The translations under genes and the position numbers were made by a program. A model generated the notes under the pieces. That model saw only the letters and a program-made list of their open reading frames with translations, did no database searches and was not told the DNA's origin. Of a stretch of 64,000 bases of DNA, positions 1 through 9,142 are shown piece after piece. This DNA is from an uncultured Gemmatimonadaceae bacterium (GTDB taxonomy: Bacteria; Gemmatimonadota; Gemmatimonadetes; Gemmatimonadales; Gemmatimonadaceae), in contig CAVVTZ010000007.1 in the NCBI GenBank assembly GCA_963751275.1, forward strand, positions 96,001 to 160,000, read 5' to 3'. How positions within the stretch are numbered: position 1 is the stretch's first letter; the number at the start of each line of letters is the position of its first letter.

Positions 1-576
1 CACCGGTCCCTCGTCCTCTTCCGGGAAATCGATCTCGTAGGCCAGCAGTGCCTCGATCGCGAGCACCTGCTGGCGCAACGCGGCGATCCGCCGCGTGAGC
101 CCGCCATCCAGTTGATGGAGCGCCGTCCGATGCATCGCCGGCGACCGCGCCTCGACCAGATCCGCGGTCGCTTCCGCCTGCAGCAGGTCCATCTTGCCGT
201 TCGCCACCGCGCGGCGGGTGAACTCCCCCGGCAGCGCGGCGCGCGCCCCGGCCGCGATGAGTGCGTCGAGCACCAGCGCGGGAATGAGCGGCCCACCGTG
301 GGTGGTCAGCTCGATGGTATCCTCGCCCGTGTAGGAACGCGGCGCCGCGTGGACACTCACCATCACACGGTCGATGGCCGCGGCATTGCCGGCGGCGTGC
401 ACGACGGCGCGATACGTGCGGCCCGCCTCCCAGTGGAACGGCTCGAGCATCGCCGCGCCGATCGCGCGCGCCGATCCCCCGCTCAGGCGCACGATCGCCA
501 ATGCGCCCCGCCCCGCGGCGGTCGCCACGGCCGCGATGGTGTCCTCGGCGCCCGGGAGCGCCGCGCGGGCCTTCAC
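1..576 (-). CDS. mnmE: tRNA modification GTPase MnmE, N-terminal part (runs off window start)
   Basis: Manual translation: GTG start, EDTIAAVATAAGRGALAIVRLSG...NGKMDLLQAEATADL...IDFPEED; directly downstream of yidC. Confidence 0.93.
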   Translation of the reverse strand, partial: MKARAALPGAEDTIAAVATAAGRGALAIVRLSGGSARAIGAAMLEPFHWEAGRTYRAVVHAAGNAAAIDRVMVSVHAAPRSYTGEDTIELTTHGGPLIPALVLDALIAAGARAALPGEFTRRAVANGKMDLLQAEATADLVEARSPAMHRTALHQLDGGLTRRIAALRQQVLAIEALLAYEIDFPEEDEGPV

Positions 577-577
577 A

Positions 578-2290
578 CTACGACGATGGCGGCCGCGGGT
601 TCTTCGCCCGCTCCTTGGCGATCAGCCACTGCTGCGGGAGCGCCGCGAGATTCTGCACCGCGTAGTAGAGATTCAGCCCCGCCGGGAAGTTCAGGAAGAA
701 CACCGTCATCATCGCCGGCATCATGTAGCCGAACATCTTCGCCTGCGGATTCGGCGGCGAGTTCCGCAGGCCGATCCACGAGAGCAGGAACATCGACAGA
801 CCCATCGCCACGGGCAGGATGTAGTACGGGTCCGGCCGCGAGATGTCCGCAAGCCAGAGGAACGACACGCCCCGGAATTCGATGGTGTTCTGGAACACGA
901 AGAACAGCGCGAACAGCACCGGCATCGGGATCAGCATCGGCAGACAGCCGGTGAATTGACTGAACGGCGTCATCCCGTTGTCATGCAGGAGCTTCATGTA
1001 CTCCGCCTGCATCTTCTCGGGATTCTGCTTGTACTTCGCCTGCAACGCCTGGAGCTCCGGCTGGATCCGCTGCATCCGTAGGCTGCTCCGCATCGCGCTC
1101 TGGTTCAGCGGCCACAGCAGCAGCCGGATGCCGACGCCGAAGATCACGAGCACCCAGCCGTAATTCAGTTGCAGCTTGTCGTGCATCCAGAGCAGGACGG
1201 TCATCACGAACGTCGCGAACGGTTGCACCACCGCGCGCAGGAATCCACCGTACGGATTCGCGTGCTCCAGGCCGTGGCCGAGTGCGACGAGCCGGCGCCA
1301 CTGTTGCGGCCCCGCGTAGATCTCGAACGCGAATCGTCCCTGCGCATCCGGGGCGACGATCACCTCACCCGTGGCCACCGAGGGCGCCTTGTCGGCCGAC
1401 GGCGGCGCGGTGAAGATCGCCGGTCCGGCGAATTCTCCCTTGGGTGGAGCCATCACGGCGAGCAGGAAATACTTGCTCTTGCTGGCGACCCAGTCGAACG
1501 GGCCGGACTTCCGGATCACACCGTTCGAGATGATCCGGTTGACCGTGCCATCCTTCTCCATCACGCCCAGCTTCGAGATCTTGCTGAACGGCACGCTCTC
1601 CGCGTCATCGGGCACCGGCTTCACGACGTAGGCGAGCATCCGGTGGTCGTCGGTCGTGTCGGCCTCCGAGGAGGCGAGCCCCTGCGGCATCACGATCCCG
1701 ATGAGCGCCGGCGTCGCGCTCGGCGTCTTGGGCGTCACCGTTCCTGCGACGTGCACCAGGTAACTGTCCGCGACGAACGTGTATTGCACCGACAGCATCA
1801 TCGCCGGAGTCTCACCATCGTAGCGCACGCCGCTCGCCGCCGTCGCCGCGCCGGTCTGCGTGCGGAACTGCACCGCGCGCAGGTCGGTCGTATCGGCGCC
1901 CTGGATCAGCCGGTACGTGACGAGCGCGCCGCCGCGGCGGCCAAGCTCCACCGGCTGGTCGCGCTTGGGCAACACGACGTAATCCTCGATCGTCGCGCCA
2001 ATGAGCGAGGCGCCGGCGCTCGAGAAATGGAACACCGCCATCGGCGTCGCGACGTTCGTGGTCTCGGGCGCGAACGCAGTTGTTCCGGCTACGCCTGTGC
2101 CGGCGGGCGCAGCGGCGGGCACTCCTTGTACCGCCGTTGGCGCCGGCGCGCTCGGCGCAGCGGGCCCGGTCGCCGGTACGGCCGTGCTGTCCGCCGGCCT
2201 GATGACTGGCGCCGGCGGCGGGAAGAGTTTCGGAGTGATCAGCACCACGCCGATCGCCAGTGCGATCGCGAGGAAGAAACGCTTATCCAT
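578..2290 (-). CDS. yidC: Membrane protein insertase YidC
   Basis: N-terminal TM, large periplasmic domain, NYGWVLVIF, GCLPMLIPMPV, DPYYILP, FPAGLNLYY motifs; conserved synteny. Confidence 0.97.
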   Translation of the reverse strand: MDKRFFLAIALAIGVVLITPKLFPPPAPVIRPADSTAVPATGPAAPSAPAPTAVQGVPAAAPAGTGVAGTTAFAPETTNVATPMAVFHFSSAGASLIGATIEDYVVLPKRDQPVELGRRGGALVTYRLIQGADTTDLRAVQFRTQTGAATAASGVRYDGETPAMMLSVQYTFVADSYLVHVAGTVTPKTPSATPALIGIVMPQGLASSEADTTDDHRMLAYVVKPVPDDAESVPFSKISKLGVMEKDGTVNRIISNGVIRKSGPFDWVASKSKYFLLAVMAPPKGEFAGPAIFTAPPSADKAPSVATGEVIVAPDAQGRFAFEIYAGPQQWRRLVALGHGLEHANPYGGFLRAVVQPFATFVMTVLLWMHDKLQLNYGWVLVIFGVGIRLLLWPLNQSAMRSSLRMQRIQPELQALQAKYKQNPEKMQAEYMKLLHDNGMTPFSQFTGCLPMLIPMPVLFALFFVFQNTIEFRGVSFLWLADISRPDPYYILPVAMGLSMFLLSWIGLRNSPPNPQAKMFGYMMPAMMTVFFLNFPAGLNLYYAVQNLAALPQQWLIAKERAKNPRPPSS

Positions 2291-2305
2291 TTCGACTCAG
2301 TGAGG

Positions 2306-2515
2306 TCACGGGACCGGATCGAATCCGCCGGGATGGAACGGGTGACAGCGCAGGATCCGCCGCACCGCCATCCATCCACCGCGCCACGCGCCGTACTTCT
2401 CGATCGCTTCGATCGCGTAGTTGGAGCAACTTGGATAATAACGGCATGCCGGCGGCAGCAACGGCGAGATCACCGTTTGATACGCCCGGATCGGGAAGAT
2501 CAGGAGCCAGCGCAT
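2306..2515 (-). CDS. yidD: Membrane protein insertion efficiency factor YidD
   Basis: AYQxx[30 protein letters not shown]; start moved to ATG at 2515. Confidence 0.96.
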   Translation of the reverse strand: MRWLLIFPIRAYQTVISPLLPPACRYYPSCSNYAIEAIEKYGAWRGGWMAVRRILRCHPFHPGGFDPVP

Positions 2516-2850
2516 CAGCGGCCCGCGGGCGGCGCGGCGACCCGTTTCCGGATCGCCAACACATCGCCACGCAATGCATCGAAGCTCGCGCCGTACGCCT
2601 CCGGGCGCGTGCGGATGAGCACATCGATGTGATGGAGATGCGGCAACAACTCGCACCGCACGAGCTCAGAGAGCCGCCGCTTCACGCGATTTCGCTCCAC
2701 CGAGTTCCGGCCGAATTTCGGCACCACGATCCCGGCCCGCCCGGGAAGCAGAAGGGAAGCGCCGACCCGGACATCACAGTGTGTGGTCCGGATTCGCTTC
2801 CCCTCACGAGCGATCTGGCGGATCTCCGCCGCGCGCGCCAAACGGCGCAC
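2515..2850 (-). CDS. rnpA: Ribonuclease P protein component
   Basis: [21 protein letters not shown] (RNR motif); between rpmH and yidD; exact start uncertain. Confidence 0.92.
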   Translation of the reverse strand: MRRLARAAEIRQIAREGKRIRTTHCDVRVGASLLLPGRAGIVVPKFGRNSVERNRVKRRLSELVRCELLPHLHHIDVLIRTRPEAYGASFDALRGDVLAIRKRVAAPPAGR

Positions 2851-2869
2851 GCGGGGGAACCGGTTACGA

Positions 2870-3034
2870 TCAGGCGCCGGCGTACTTGGAAGGCAGCTGA
2901 ACAGTGAGGCGCTTCCGCCCCTTCTTGCGACGACGGCTCAGCACTTCGCGGCCCCAGCGGGTGGCCATGCGCGTGCGGTATCCGTGCGTACGGATCCGGC
3001 GCTTGTTGCGGGGACGATAGGTTGGCTTGCCCAT
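2870..3034 (-). CDS. rpmH: 50S ribosomal protein L34 (not in ORF track)
   Basis: Manual translation [54 protein letters not shown]. Confidence 0.97.
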   Translation of the reverse strand: MGKPTYRPRNKRRIRTHGYRTRMATRWGREVLSRRRKKGRKRLTVQLPSKYAGA

Positions 3035-3082
3035 ACATGCTCCACACGGGAAATCATCGACTGTCTGAGGTGCAGCCCCACA

Positions 3083-3111
3083 AAACTAGCTACGCCAAAC
3101 GGTTGGGTCAA
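3083..3111 (-). promoter_or_regulatory. Putative sigma70 promoter of rpmH operon
   Basis: Minus strand TTGACC-17 nt-TAGTTT upstream of rpmH. Confidence 0.6.
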
Positions 3112-3170
3112 TACTGCCCGCAATTCGAGTGATGTGATGGTGACGGAGCAGTAACGCGACACATCGATCA

Positions 3171-3260
3171 TCATCCACAACGTGATCGAGACGATGTCGT
3201 TCTTGTCATGCGGTCGAGCCAAAACGTCGCATTGACTTTTCCACATTGTCTCTCTAGGTT
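3171..3260 (+). promoter_or_regulatory. dnaA promoter with DnaA boxes (autoregulation)
   Basis: TCATCCACA (3171-3179) and TTTTCCACA (3237-3245), each 8/9 to TTATCCACA; TTGACT(3232)-17 nt-TAGGTT(3255). Confidence 0.7.
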
Positions 3261-3288
3261 CGCGTCCCCCCGCACTCACTCGCCGCGA

Positions 3289-4670
3289 ATGTCATTGAGC
3301 GCTCCTGAAATCTGGTCACTCCTCCTCAGTCGCGCCCGCGCGGAGCTGCCAGAGCAAACTTTCAGGACGTGGCTCGAACCGACGCAAGCGATTGGACTCG
3401 AAGGCGATACGATCATCGTCACGGCGCCCGATCGGTTCGCCGCAGAGTGGAATGACTCCAAGCATGCGACCCTGCTCGCGAGTTATGCGCCGATCGTCCT
3501 CGGCCATCCGTTGAGCGTCGCGTTCCGCGTGGACGAGGAGCGGCGCACCCGGCCGCAGATGGATTTCTTCGTCGCACCCACCCCTGAGTCGAAGAGCCTC
3601 CGGGTAGCGCGGGAGGCCGAGGTCCTGAGGCTGAGCGAGCGGTACACGTTCGGGAACTTCGTCATCGGCAAGTCGAACGAGCTTGCCGCGGCCGCTGCAC
3701 AGGGCGTCGCCGCCGCCCCCGGCAAGGTCTACAACCCGCTGTTCATCTACGGCGACACCGGCCTGGGCAAGACGCACCTCATGCAGGCCGTCGCGCACGA
3801 CATCCTCCAGCGCGCCCCCGAGACCCGGATCCGGTACGTGGGCTCCGAGCAGTTCACCAACGAGCTCGTCCAGTCGATCCAGGAGCGCTCGACGCAGGCG
3901 TTCCGCCGCCGCTATCGCGAGACCGACCTGCTGCTCGTCGACGACGTGCACTTCCTCCGCGGGAAGGAAGCGACACAGGAGGAGTTCTTCCACACCTTCA
4001 ACGCGCTCTACGAGGCCGGACGGCAGATCGTCCTCACCAGCGATCGTCCGCCGTCGGAGATCCCCGGACTCGAGGCCCGCCTCGTGAGCCGCTTCCAGTG
4101 GGGCATGGTCGCGGACATCGAGCTGCCCGATCTCGAGCACCGCATCGCGATCCTGCACAACAAGGCGAGCTCGACCATCTCGAGCAAACGATCCCGGATG
4201 ATGTCATCCGCTTCATCGCCGAGCACGTCCGGTCCAGCGTCCGGGAGCTCGAGGGGTCGATCATCAGGCTCCTCGCCTACGCGTCGCTCAAGCGCCAGGA
4301 GATCAGCGTCGAACTCGCACAGGAGGCTCTCCGGGACAAGATGCGCGAGGGCGAAGGCTTCACCGGCACGCCGGCACTGACCGCCGCGGTGATCCAGCGG
4401 ACCGTCGCGCAGGCGTGGGGCGTGACCGTGGATGGTCTGCGCTCTGCGAGCCGGACGAAGCACCTCACGGTGCCGAGGCAGGTCGCGATGTTCCTCATCC
4501 GAGAACTGCTCGGCACGCAGCTCGTCGAGATCGGAAATGCGTTCGGCGGCCGTGATCACTCCACCGTGATCCACAGCATTGAGAAGGTGGAGCGTACGCT
4601 CGAGGCCGATGAGACCTTCGGCCAACGGGTACTCGCGCTACGTGGAACGTTGCAGCAACTTCAACAGTGA
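3289..4670 (+). CDS. dnaA: Chromosomal replication initiator DnaA (1-nt frameshift near 4167, probably a sequencing error)
   Basis: YNPLFIYGDTGLGKTHL, LLVDDVHFL, RLVSRF in one frame; SVRELEG, PRQVAMFL, GGRDHSTVIHS continue in another frame. Confidence 0.96.
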
Positions 4671-4899
4671 TCAACACGAAGGGGTGATCCGGGCGCGCAC
4701 GGAACTGATGGAATGGGGGAAGATCTTCGAATCCCCATCGATTCCACGCTGTCTCATCCGAGCCACTATGTTGCGCCGTGCAGAGTTCTGGTGTCGCTCC
4801 ACATTTACCCATTGCCTAGTACTACTGCTACTTTTCTTTTAATAGACTAGTAACTACTAGAGTGCCCACTCGCTGGGGATAGACGGGAGACGAGAGCGG
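4671..4899. other. oriC unwinding region (degenerate DnaA box, DnaA-trios, AT-rich tract)
   Basis: CGCTCCACA(4795) then GCC-TAG-TAC-TAC-TGC-TAC (4814-4831) then TTTTCTTTTAATAGA, between dnaA and dnaN. Confidence 0.75.
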
Positions 4900-6012
4900 A
4901 TGCGCTTCACGATCGCACGCGAGAAACTCCAAGACGGCCTGCTGGCGGTGGCCGCGAGCGTTCCGGCCAAGACCACGCTGCCGGTGCTCGCGAACATCCT
5001 GGTGGAGACCACCGATCGCGGGATCCGGCTATCGGCGACGGACCTGGATATGGCGGTGAGCACCGAGCTTACCGCCGATGTCGACGCGCAAGGCGCGACC
5101 ACGATCCCGGCCAAGAAACTCAGTGAGATCGTGCGTGAGCTGCCGGCGGCGCCGGTGAAGTTCTCGACCGCCGGCGAGCAGAAGGTCAGCTTGGAGTGCG
5201 GCCGCTCCCGCTTCCGTCTGCTCGGCTTGCCCCGCGACGAATTCCCGACCTTCCCGTCGGTCCGGTTCAACGAGAGCTGGCGTGTGAAGTCGGGCGACCT
5301 GCAGAGGTTGATCTCCCATACAGCGTTCGGCGCGTCCACGGAAGAAAGCCGGCCGATCCTGAACGGGGTTCTGTGGGAACTCCGGGCGGACCGGATGCGC
5401 ATGGTCGCGACCAATGGGCATCGACTCGCGAAGATGGAGTTGCCGATCAGCACCGCGGGCGCTCCGTCGGGCGACTTCATCGTGCCGCCGAAGGCACTCG
5501 AACAGATCCGCCGCCTCTTTCCACCCGAGGAGGAGCTCGAGATCGCGCGCGGTGAGAATCATCTCGGTTTCCGGTCCCCGTTCACCGCGGTCTATTCGCG
5601 GCTGATCGAGGGTCCGTATCCGAATTACGACCAGGTGATCCCGAAGGACAACGATCGTGTGGCGCTCGCCGACAAGAACGGCCTGATCCAGGTACTGAAG
5701 CGCATGTCGGTCGTGGCCTCGGAGCAGACCCATCGCATCCGGATGGCGTTCAACTCAGGGCTGCTGCGGCTGAGCGTTCAAACGCCCGATCTCGGTGAAG
5801 CGCAGGATGAATTGCCGATCAATTACGAGGGCGACTCGCTCGAGATCGGATTCAACGCGACGTACCTGCTCGAGATCCTGCGCTACATGCCGACCGAAGA
5901 GGTGCGTCTGACCTTCAAGGCGCCGGAACGTGCGGCCACGGTCGAGCCGGTAGGCTGGGATGAGAACGGGAAGTATCTCTGCCTGCTGATGCCGCTGCGG
6001 CTCGTCGACTGA
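4900..6012 (+). CDS. dnaN: DNA polymerase III beta sliding clamp
   Basis: LSATDL, SRPILNG, VATNGHRL, SRLIEGPYPNY, LLMPLRL. Confidence 0.98.
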   Translation: MRFTIAREKLQDGLLAVAASVPAKTTLPVLANILVETTDRGIRLSATDLDMAVSTELTADVDAQGATTIPAKKLSEIVRELPAAPVKFSTAGEQKVSLECGRSRFRLLGLPRDEFPTFPSVRFNESWRVKSGDLQRLISHTAFGASTEESRPILNGVLWELRADRMRMVATNGHRLAKMELPISTAGAPSGDFIVPPKALEQIRRLFPPEEELEIARGENHLGFRSPFTAVYSRLIEGPYPNYDQVIPKDNDRVALADKNGLIQVLKRMSVVASEQTHRIRMAFNSGLLRLSVQTPDLGEAQDELPINYEGDSLEIGFNATYLLEILRYMPTEEVRLTFKAPERAATVEPVGWDENGKYLCLLMPLRLVD

Positions 6013-6038
6013 TCGGTTGCGCGTGATCAAGGATGAAG

Positions 6039-6070
6039 GAAGCCCCCGGCGGGGATCCGCCGGGGGCTTC
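6039..6070. terminator. Hairpin between convergent dnaN and rnpB
   Basis: GAAGCCCCCGGCGG-GGAT-CCGCCGGGGGCTTC, perfect 14-bp stem. Confidence 0.7.
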
Positions 6071-6076
6071 GATCAC

Positions 6077-6447
6077 ATGGGCGCCTGTAAGCCGGGTTCT
6101 GTCCGGCCGTGAGGCCGGGACGGTCATTTCTCTCGGCGCGCGATCGCTCGCGTGCTCCAGCAGCCTACCCGTGGCGTCTTGGTCGAGACGGGCCGTCTCT
6201 CGCCACCTATTTGGCCTTGCACCGACCGGGGTTTGCCGTGCCGCATTCGTTGCCAGATGCGCGGTGGGCTCTTACCCCGCCGTTTCACCCTTACCGGCGG
6301 TTTCCCGCCGGCGGTCTATTCTCTGTGGCACTGTCCGTCACGCGACATCCGGAGATGGCGCGTTCCCAGGCGTTACCTGGCGATCTGCCCTGTGGTGCCC
6401 GGACTTTCCTCGACGGGACGAGCCCATCGCGACCGTCCGGCGCCCAT
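6077..6447 (-). ncRNA. rnpB: RNase P RNA (type A)
   Basis: Minus strand GAGGAAAGTCCGGGCACC, AGTGCCACAGAGAA, GGGTGAAACGGCGGGGTAAGAGCCCACC, ACAGAACCCGGCTTAC; ends pair as P1 (GGGCGCC/GGCGCCC). Confidence 0.96.
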
Positions 6448-6649
6448 GCGCTACGAGAACAGATGAGCGGGACGCGCGTCGTGCGCAAGCGGATTCATAT
6501 TTAGTCCTTAGTGGCTACTATGTATCATATTGAGAGCCCGCGCGGAGCACTTCCGCGCCGGCCACGTCATTGCATCCCCGCGCGGTGACGCACCGGTGAC
6601 GGCCGCGATTAGGATCGCCCGGGTACCGCCACCGAACGAGGTGTCCCGA

Positions 6650-7531
6650 ATGCCGCTCCCCGATCCACGCCGCCCCGTCGGCACGGTCGCCACGGTGCTC
6701 CACCCTTCCGAACGTGCGCGCGTCGATGCGGCGGGCGATGGCCTCTATCACGCGGTCCACCGCCAGAGCGTCGATGAAGTCCTCAACGACCTGCGCACGC
6801 AGCATGTCGGTGCCGTCCTGGTCTCGGTCGCCCGCTGTGATCCCGCCGAATGCACGCACATCGCGCAACTGGTACGCGAATTCCCACGTGTGCCCGCCAT
6901 CGCGCTCCTCACTCGCATCGAACCCGCCACGGCACAGGCGGTCCTGACGCTGGGACAGTGTGGCGTGCGGGATCTCGTGGATGTGCGCGAGGGCCTCGGC
7001 TGGCACGACCTGCGAAAGGTCCTGGCCAGCGGCCAAGGTGATGACATCAAACGGCTCGCGCTCGGACTCCTCTCGCTCGATCTCCTCGGAGTCCCGGACG
7101 ACTGCTGGCGCTTCTTCGAGGCGCTCTTCCGCCCATCGTCCACGTGCGCGACGGTGCGGATGCTCGCGCGCCATCTGGATGTGCTGCCCAGCACCCTGAT
7201 GAGCCGCTTCTTTCGCGTGCAGCTCCCTCCGCCGAAGCGTTACCTCGCCTATTCCCGCCTCACGCATGCGGCGCGTGCCTTCGAGAATCCGGGGCTGTCG
7301 ATCGCGAACGTCTCGAATCACCTCGAGTACTCATCGCCACAGAGCTTCGGCCGCCACGTGCGTGGCCTGCTCGGGATGAGTCCGCTGGAATTCCGCTCGC
7401 GGTACGATGGGGAGGGGATGCTGCAACGCTTTCGCGAGGAGCTCGTGCTGCCCTACCTTGGCATCCTGCGGCGGTTCTATCCGTTGTCCAAGGGGTCGCG
7501 CTGGTCGGGCGTGTTGCGCGGTCTGGAGTGA
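6650..7531 (+). CDS. AraC-family regulator with receiver-like N-terminal domain
   Basis: C-terminal LARHLDVLPSTLMSRF and SIANVSNHLEYSSPQSFGRHVR..GMSPLEFR HTH pair; start uncertain (6530-6650). Confidence 0.82.
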   Translation: MPLPDPRRPVGTVATVLHPSERARVDAAGDGLYHAVHRQSVDEVLNDLRTQHVGAVLVSVARCDPAECTHIAQLVREFPRVPAIALLTRIEPATAQAVLTLGQCGVRDLVDVREGLGWHDLRKVLASGQGDDIKRLALGLLSLDLLGVPDDCWRFFEALFRPSSTCATVRMLARHLDVLPSTLMSRFFRVQLPPPKRYLAYSRLTHAARAFENPGLSIANVSNHLEYSSPQSFGRHVRGLLGMSPLEFRSRYDGEGMLQRFREELVLPYLGILRRFYPLSKGSRWSGVLRGLE

Positions 7532-7544
7532 TCCTCGAGGCGCG

Positions 7545-8114
7545 CTACTCGAGGACCGGCGGGAGCATCCCCACGATCTCGCTCAGGCGCGCCAGCGCGC
7601 GCACCGCCAGCCCGTCGTGTTCGATCGCCTCGCGCCCGCCCTCTTCGCGGTCGCACACCGCGAGCACGCCGAGCACGGTGCCGCCGGCGGCGCGGACCGC
7701 TTCGGTCGCGCGCAGCGCCGAGCCGCCGGTCGTGATCACATCCTCCACGACCACGACGTGGTCGCCTGCGTGGAATGGTCCCTCGATGAGTTTCCCCGTG
7801 CCGTGCTGCTTCGCCTCCTTGCGCACGGTGAAGGCGCGGAGCGGCGGCCCATCGAGCGCGCTCGCGTAGCTGATCGCATAGGCCACCGGGTCCGCGCCGA
7901 GCGTGAGGCCGCCGACGGACTGCGCACTCCAGCCCGCTTCGCGGATCGTGCGGAGCGCCAGCGGTCCGATCAGCGAGAGCCCCTCGGGACTCATCGTCGT
8001 CAGACGGCAGTCCACGTACACGGTGGACTCGCGCCCCGATGCCAACGTGAATCGACCGCGGCGCGTGGAGCGTTCGGCGAGCAGCCGGACGAGCCGCTCG
8101 TGATCGGTGGTCAG
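7545..8114 (-). CDS. pyrE: Orotate phosphoribosyltransferase
   Basis: FTLASGRESTVYVDCR, VRKEAKQHG, VVVVEDVITTGGS PRPP motif; frame extends up to CTG at 8114. Confidence 0.93.
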   Translation of the reverse strand: MTTDHERLVRLLAERSTRRGRFTLASGRESTVYVDCRLTTMSPEGLSLIGPLALRTIREAGWSAQSVGGLTLGADPVAYAISYASALDGPPLRAFTVRKEAKQHGTGKLIEGPFHAGDHVVVVEDVITTGGSALRATEAVRAAGGTVLGVLAVCDREEGGREAIEHDGLAVRALARLSEIVGMLPPVLE

Positions 8115-9028
8115 GACTGGTCCCCGCGGCGGATCATCGACTTCATCCGCGCCAGGAGACCACTCTGCTGCGGCACGGACGGCGAATCGACCGCTGCCTT
8201 GAGCGCGGCCGCGAAACTCAGCGCGTCAGGGTAGCGGTCCACGGGATTGCGCGAGAGCCCCTTCATGATCACGGCCTCGACACCTGGATCGATCACCACG
8301 CCCTTCTTGGCTACACCGAGTGCGATCGGCGGTTGGGACAGCAGCTGGGTGAACAGCTCGCGCTGCGAGCGTCCGGAGTACGGAAGGCAGCCGGACAGCA
8401 GGTAGTATGCGATCGTCGCAAGACTATACTGGTCGGCCGACGCGGTGACGAGTTGGCCCGAGAGCGCCTCCGGCGCCACGTACATGAGCGTTCCGACGAA
8501 GAACCCCGCCCGCGTGAGCCGCTCCTCCGGCGCGGTGTCCGCTTGCGCGGCGATCCCGAAGTCCAGCAGTTTGACCAGCTTGAGCTCCGGATCGTACATC
8601 ACGTTCTCGGGCTTGAGATCGCGATGGATGATCCCGGTCAGATGCGCCGCATGCACCGCGTCGGCGATTTGTCCGATGATCAGCGCCGTCTCCTCGGGAG
8701 AGAGTGGAACCTTGCGCTTCGCGTATTTTTCGAGGAGTTCACCGGTCGCCCATTCGATCGCGATGAAATGCACGCCGGGGCGCGCCTCGCCGATGTCGAT
8801 GGTGCGCACGACATTGGGATGCGTGACGCGCGTGCCGTAGGTCGCCTCACGAAGGAACCGCGCGACCGCCGTCTTGTCGTTGCGCAGCTTCTCGCGCAAG
8901 ACTTTCACCGCGACGGTGCCGTGCTGCGGATGCTCGGAGCGGTAGACGACTGCCGTGCCGCCTTCACCGACCATTTCCTGCAACGTGTAACCGGCGAGCG
9001 ATGAGCCGGAAAGATTCTCTGGAGTCAC
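8111..9028 (-). CDS. Hanks-type Ser/Thr protein kinase, cytoplasmic
   Basis: GEGGTAVVY, VAVKVL, HRDLKPEN, DFG, GTLMYVAPE, DQYSL; no TM segment. Confidence 0.93.
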   Translation of the reverse strand: MTPENLSGSSLAGYTLQEMVGEGGTAVVYRSEHPQHGTVAVKVLREKLRNDKTAVARFLREATYGTRVTHPNVVRTIDIGEARPGVHFIAIEWATGELLEKYAKRKVPLSPEETALIIGQIADAVHAAHLTGIIHRDLKPENVMYDPELKLVKLLDFGIAAQADTAPEERLTRAGFFVGTLMYVAPEALSGQLVTASADQYSLATIAYYLLSGCLPYSGRSQRELFTQLLSQPPIALGVAKKGVVIDPGVEAVIMKGLSRNPVDRYPDALSFAAALKAAVDSPSVPQQSGLLARMKSMIRRGDQS

Positions 9029-9142
9029 ACGGGCGAAGGTAATCGGCCTGGCGGGGTGGAGCAAGCGCGTTGCAACCTTCGCGCGGGCAACGGGTAGAGT
9101 CTCGGGCAGTGGACCATCATGTTTTCCGGAGCGTACAGACTC

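Noticed and set aside
4160..4175. Programmed frameshift or true split dnaA
   Set aside because: No slippery run at the site and seven similar indels occur elsewhere; sequencing error is simpler
4634..4650. parS-like half site (CTACGTGGAACG) at the dnaA 3' end; similar partial site near 27259
   Set aside because: Only one arm matches the 16-bp palindrome
6033..6533. ORFs overlapping the dnaN downstream region
   Set aside because: Region is explained by RNase P RNA on the minus strand
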